The translations under genes were made by a program, and so were the position numbers. From a phage, in sequence record OR846431.1: DNA of 1,065 nucleotides; one strand, written 5' to 3'. The notes under the pieces are model-generated. The model made no database searches and was not told the DNA's origin. It worked only from the letters and a program-made list of their open reading frames with translations. Of the stretch, positions 1 through 1,065 are shown in pieces. Numbering within the stretch: position 1 is the first letter of the stretch; each line of letters starts with the position of its first letter.

Positions 1-252
1 AAACCTTATCTTACGCAGGTAGCTATTATGCTGAAATGGGTGTGTCAATCAGCTTCAGCAAATACATATTATGACCCACAGATTTTTCCAAAAGGAAAGG
101 TTCCAATGTCTGTAATGATTGATGACATGCTATACGGATGGTATTATGGCATTAAAAACTTCTACTATCATAATACTCGTGATGGTTCCGGTACTGATGA
201 TTATGAAATAGAAACTCCAAAAGCCGATGATTGCGCAGCGTGTAAATTGTAA
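1..252 (+). CDS. nrdA: Ribonucleoside-diphosphate reductase large (alpha) subunit, C-terminal 83 codons (5'-partial; gene continues upstream of the window)
   Basis: Frame 1 has no stop between base 1 and the ATG at 28, so the ORF extends off the left edge. Translation KPYLTQVAIMLKWVCQSASANTYYDP...IKNFYYHNTRDGSGTDDYEIETPKADDCAACKL* has the class Ia alpha-subunit C-terminus: a YY pair (nt 163-168) in a YYxNTRDG block, corresponding to the radical-transfer tyrosines Y730/Y731 of E. coli NrdA, and a C-terminal cysteine pair (CAAC, nt 232-243) a few residues before the stop. Stop TAA at 250-252. Identification is by recalled similarity to the E. coli NrdA C-terminus, not a search. Confidence 0.92.
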   Translation, partial: KPYLTQVAIMLKWVCQSASANTYYDPQIFPKGKVPMSVMIDDMLYGWYYGIKNFYYHNTRDGSGTDDYEIETPKADDCAACKL

Positions 253-983
253 TGAATTATCAAAAAATCTATAACGACCTAATTTCCCGAGCTCAGGCTC
301 GGGAATCTTTACTAGAATATAAAGAGACACATCATATAATCCCTAAATGTATGGGAGGTTCTGATGATAAGGAAAATTTAGTTGAATTAACAGCCAGAGA
401 ACATTTTATAGCTCATCTATTACTATGTAAGATAAATGAAGGCCATTTTGGTCTTGCCTCTGCGTTAACGTTAATGGCAACAGATAAAGCTGGCAATAGA
501 ATTAATAACAGATTATACAGCTTACACAGAAAATTATTTGCTAAAGCTAATTCTGAGTTCTTTAAGAAATATTGGAAAAATAATCCTCATCCTAAAGGGA
601 TGCTAGGCAAGCATCATAAAAACGAAACTAAACAGCATGTATCTAACGTGAATAGATATGCGTGCCCATCTGTAGAAATACATAAATTCTCATTAGATGG
701 GGATTTCATAGAAACCTTTCACTCTATTGCGGCAGCGTCCCGGTCAGTTAATGGAAACGGGTCAAATATCAAATATTGTGCCGAGGGTAAATTTCAATAT
801 GCTTATGGATTTAGATGGTCATATCAACTTGATGCAAAGTTTGACAAAATAAAACCAAGAGATTATAAAGGAATCCGCGGTAAGAAATGGATTAATAATG
901 GAAGTGAATGCACGCTTATAGGTAAAGATGATATTATACCGCTAGGTTGGAAACACGGCAGAATTTTAAAGAGGAAAAATTAA
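252..983 (+). CDS. mobE: Free-standing HNH-family homing endonuclease (243 aa) with NUMOD3-like and NUMOD1-like DNA-binding modules
   Basis: Complete ORF from ATG 252 to TAA 981-983. Residues 25-57 (ETHHIIPKCMGGSDDKENLVELTAREHFIAHLL) form a canonical HNH (His-Me finger) motif: HH at aa 27-28, GG, Asn42, His51-x3-His55. Downstream are GKHHKNETKQH (NUMOD3-like), DGDFIETFHSIAAASRS...GFRWSY (NUMOD1/IENR1-like helix-turn-helix) and a basic WINNG...PLGWKHGR tail. The gene sits between nrdA and nrdB, where T4 carries mobE; the symbol is assigned by synteny and family only and was not confirmed by alignment. Confidence 0.9.
   Translation: MNYQKIYNDLISRAQARESLLEYKETHHIIPKCMGGSDDKENLVELTAREHFIAHLLLCKINEGHFGLASALTLMATDKAGNRINNRLYSLHRKLFAKANSEFFKKYWKNNPHPKGMLGKHHKNETKQHVSNVNRYACPSVEIHKFSLDGDFIETFHSIAAASRSVNGNGSNIKYCAEGKFQYAYGFRWSYQLDAKFDKIKPRDYKGIRGKKWINNGSECTLIGKDDIIPLGWKHGRILKRKN
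284..310 (+). terminator. GC-rich stem-loop (9-bp stem, 4-nt loop) followed by a short T-rich run; candidate intrinsic terminator or attenuator inside the 5' end of the endonuclease ORF
   Basis: TTCCCGAGC (284-292) pairs perfectly with GCTCGGGAA (297-305) around loop TCAG (293-296); the core 7 bp are 6 G:C plus 1 A:U. It is followed by TCTTT (306-310). It sits 32 nt downstream of the nrdA stop and 30 nt into the endonuclease coding sequence, in otherwise AT-rich DNA. The U-tract is short and interrupted, so termination would be partial at best. Confidence 0.45.
324..422 (+). other. HNH catalytic motif (His-Me finger) of the endonuclease
   Basis: Codons for E25-L57. Catalytic and metal-ligand candidates: H27 (330-332), H28 (333-335), N42 (375-377), H51 (402-404), H55 (414-416). 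All are intact with no frameshift or stop. Only two cysteines occur in this part of the protein (C33, C59), so a CxxC...CxxC structural zinc site is not evident. Confidence 0.85.
597..644 (+). other. NUMOD3-like DNA-binding motif (GMLGKHHKNETKQHVS)
   Basis: Matches the recalled G-K-H-H/S-x-E-T-K-x-K/H-x-S pattern of NUMOD3 repeats found in GIY-YIG and HNH homing endonucleases; judged by eye, not by HMM. Confidence 0.55.
687..824 (+). other. NUMOD1/IENR1-like helix-turn-helix DNA-binding module
   Basis: FSLDGDFIETFHSIAAASRSVNGNGSNIKYCAEGKFQYAYGFRWSY follows the recalled pattern (DG-x-F/I ... S-x-x-AA ... I ... G-F/Y-x-W-x-Y) seen in C-terminal DNA-binding domains of phage homing endonucleases such as the I-TevI HTH region; judged by eye. 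Confidence 0.5.
841..869 (+). promoter_or_regulatory. Candidate sigma70-type promoter (TTGACA-N17-TATAAA) inside the 3' part of the endonuclease ORF, oriented toward nrdB
   Basis: Exact -35 consensus TTGACA at 841-846, a 17-nt spacer, then TATAAA at 864-869 (5/6 match to TATAAT). The predicted start would be near 876-878, about 105 nt upstream of the nrdB ATG. It could be a chance match in AT-rich DNA. Confidence 0.3.
913..937 (+). promoter_or_regulatory. Weak candidate T4 middle-type (MotA-dependent) promoter: imperfect MotA box plus -10 TATTAT
   Basis: CGCTTAT at 913-919 is an imperfect match to the MotA-box core TGCTTtA (5/7), followed 12 nt later by TATTAT at 932-937 (fits TAnnnT). The spacing is right for a middle promoter, with a predicted start near 944, about 39 nt before the nrdB ATG. 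The box is degenerate, so confidence is low. Confidence 0.2.
968..975 (+). promoter_or_regulatory. Shine-Dalgarno / ribosome-binding site for nrdB (AAGAGGA)
   Basis: Purine-rich AAAGAGGA at 968-975, with the GAGG core 8 nt upstream of the nrdB ATG (983). It lies within the last codons (K-R-K-N) of the endonuclease ORF. Confidence 0.7.
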
Positions 984-1065
984 TGTCTACAGTTTTTAAT
1001 ACAAATCCAGTTGATGTTTTAAAAGAACCCATGTTCTTCGGTTCAGGTCTTGGTATTGCGCGTTA
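983..1065 (+). CDS. nrdB: Ribonucleoside-diphosphate reductase small (beta) subunit, N-terminal 27 codons (3'-partial; gene continues downstream of the window)
   Basis: ATG at 983-985 preceded by a GAGG Shine-Dalgarno at 971-974 (8-nt spacer). Translation MSTVFNTNPVDVLKEPMFFGSGLGIAR contains the LKEPMFFG block typical of the N-terminus of class Ia RNR beta subunits (E. coli NrdB has ...LKEPMFFG... near its N-terminus). The frame is open to the end of the window. Confidence 0.9.
   Translation, partial: MSTVFNTNPVDVLKEPMFFGSGLGIAR

Noticed and set aside
119-147. Weak sigma70-like pair TTGATG-N17-TATTAT inside the nrdA 3' end
   Set aside because: The -35 is only 4/6 and the context is coding. 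It cannot be distinguished from background in AT-rich phage DNA without transcript mapping.
28-252. The 74-aa ORF in the track as a stand-alone small gene
   Set aside because: The reading frame is open from base 1 with no upstream stop, and the translation is clearly the conserved C-terminus of RNR alpha. The ATG at 28 is an internal methionine of nrdA, not a start.
130-330. Minus-strand 66-aa ORF spanning the nrdA/endonuclease junction
   Set aside because: It is antisense to two well-supported genes, the product is a low-complexity hydrophobic peptide with no recognisable motif, and there is no convincing RBS. Such ORFs arise readily opposite AT-rich coding sequence.
318-340. T4 late-promoter-like ATATAAAG (317-324) and a TATAAT hexamer (335-340) just downstream of the hairpin
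   Set aside because: There is no exact TATAAATA anywhere in the window. The TATAAT has no acceptable -35 (CTAGAA at 17-nt spacing). Isolated TATA-like hexamers are expected by chance in DNA this AT-rich.
354-381. Strong GGAGG (354-358) followed 5 nt later by an out-of-frame ATG (364-366)
   Set aside because: The ORF from this ATG is only 5 codons (MIRKI-stop). The GGAGG simply encodes the conserved Gly-Gly of the HNH motif, so this is a chance SD-ATG pair.
462-474. Tandem CGTTAA-CGTTAA and palindrome CGTTAACG
   Set aside because: It is too short (12 nt) to be a meaningful repeat or protein-binding site on sequence evidence alone, and it lies in coding sequence.
1-1065. Possibility of a novel defence or anti-defence system, CRISPR array, tRNA or other ncRNA gene
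   Set aside because: The whole window is accounted for by three same-strand protein-coding genes with recognisable identities and no intergenic space. There are no repeat-spacer structures and no tRNA-like cloverleaf candidates. The only accessory element is a homing endonuclease of a known family.

Overview
All supported genes are on the + strand and read as a T-even (T4-like) phage aerobic ribonucleotide reductase locus interrupted by a mobile endonuclease gene. (i) 1-252 is the 3' end of nrdA (class Ia RNR large subunit); the frame is open from base 1, so the 28..252 ORF in the track is only the tail of a longer gene. (ii) 252-983 is a complete 243-aa free-standing HNH homing endonuclease with NUMOD-type DNA-binding modules, mobE-like by position. 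(iii) 983-1065 is the 5' end of nrdB (RNR small subunit). Both gene junctions are TAATG stop/start overlaps. Inside the endonuclease gene there is a GC-rich hairpin about 30 nt after its start (candidate intrinsic terminator or attenuator), two candidate internal promoters that could serve nrdB, and the nrdB Shine-Dalgarno embedded in the last endonuclease codons. I do not see a novel or undescribed system: the arrangement matches what I recall for the nrdA-mobE-nrdB region of phage T4, and the points worth a second look are regulatory details. No tRNA, CRISPR, or repeat arrays are present. Everything is from reading the sequence and from memory of the protein families; no search or folding computation was run.
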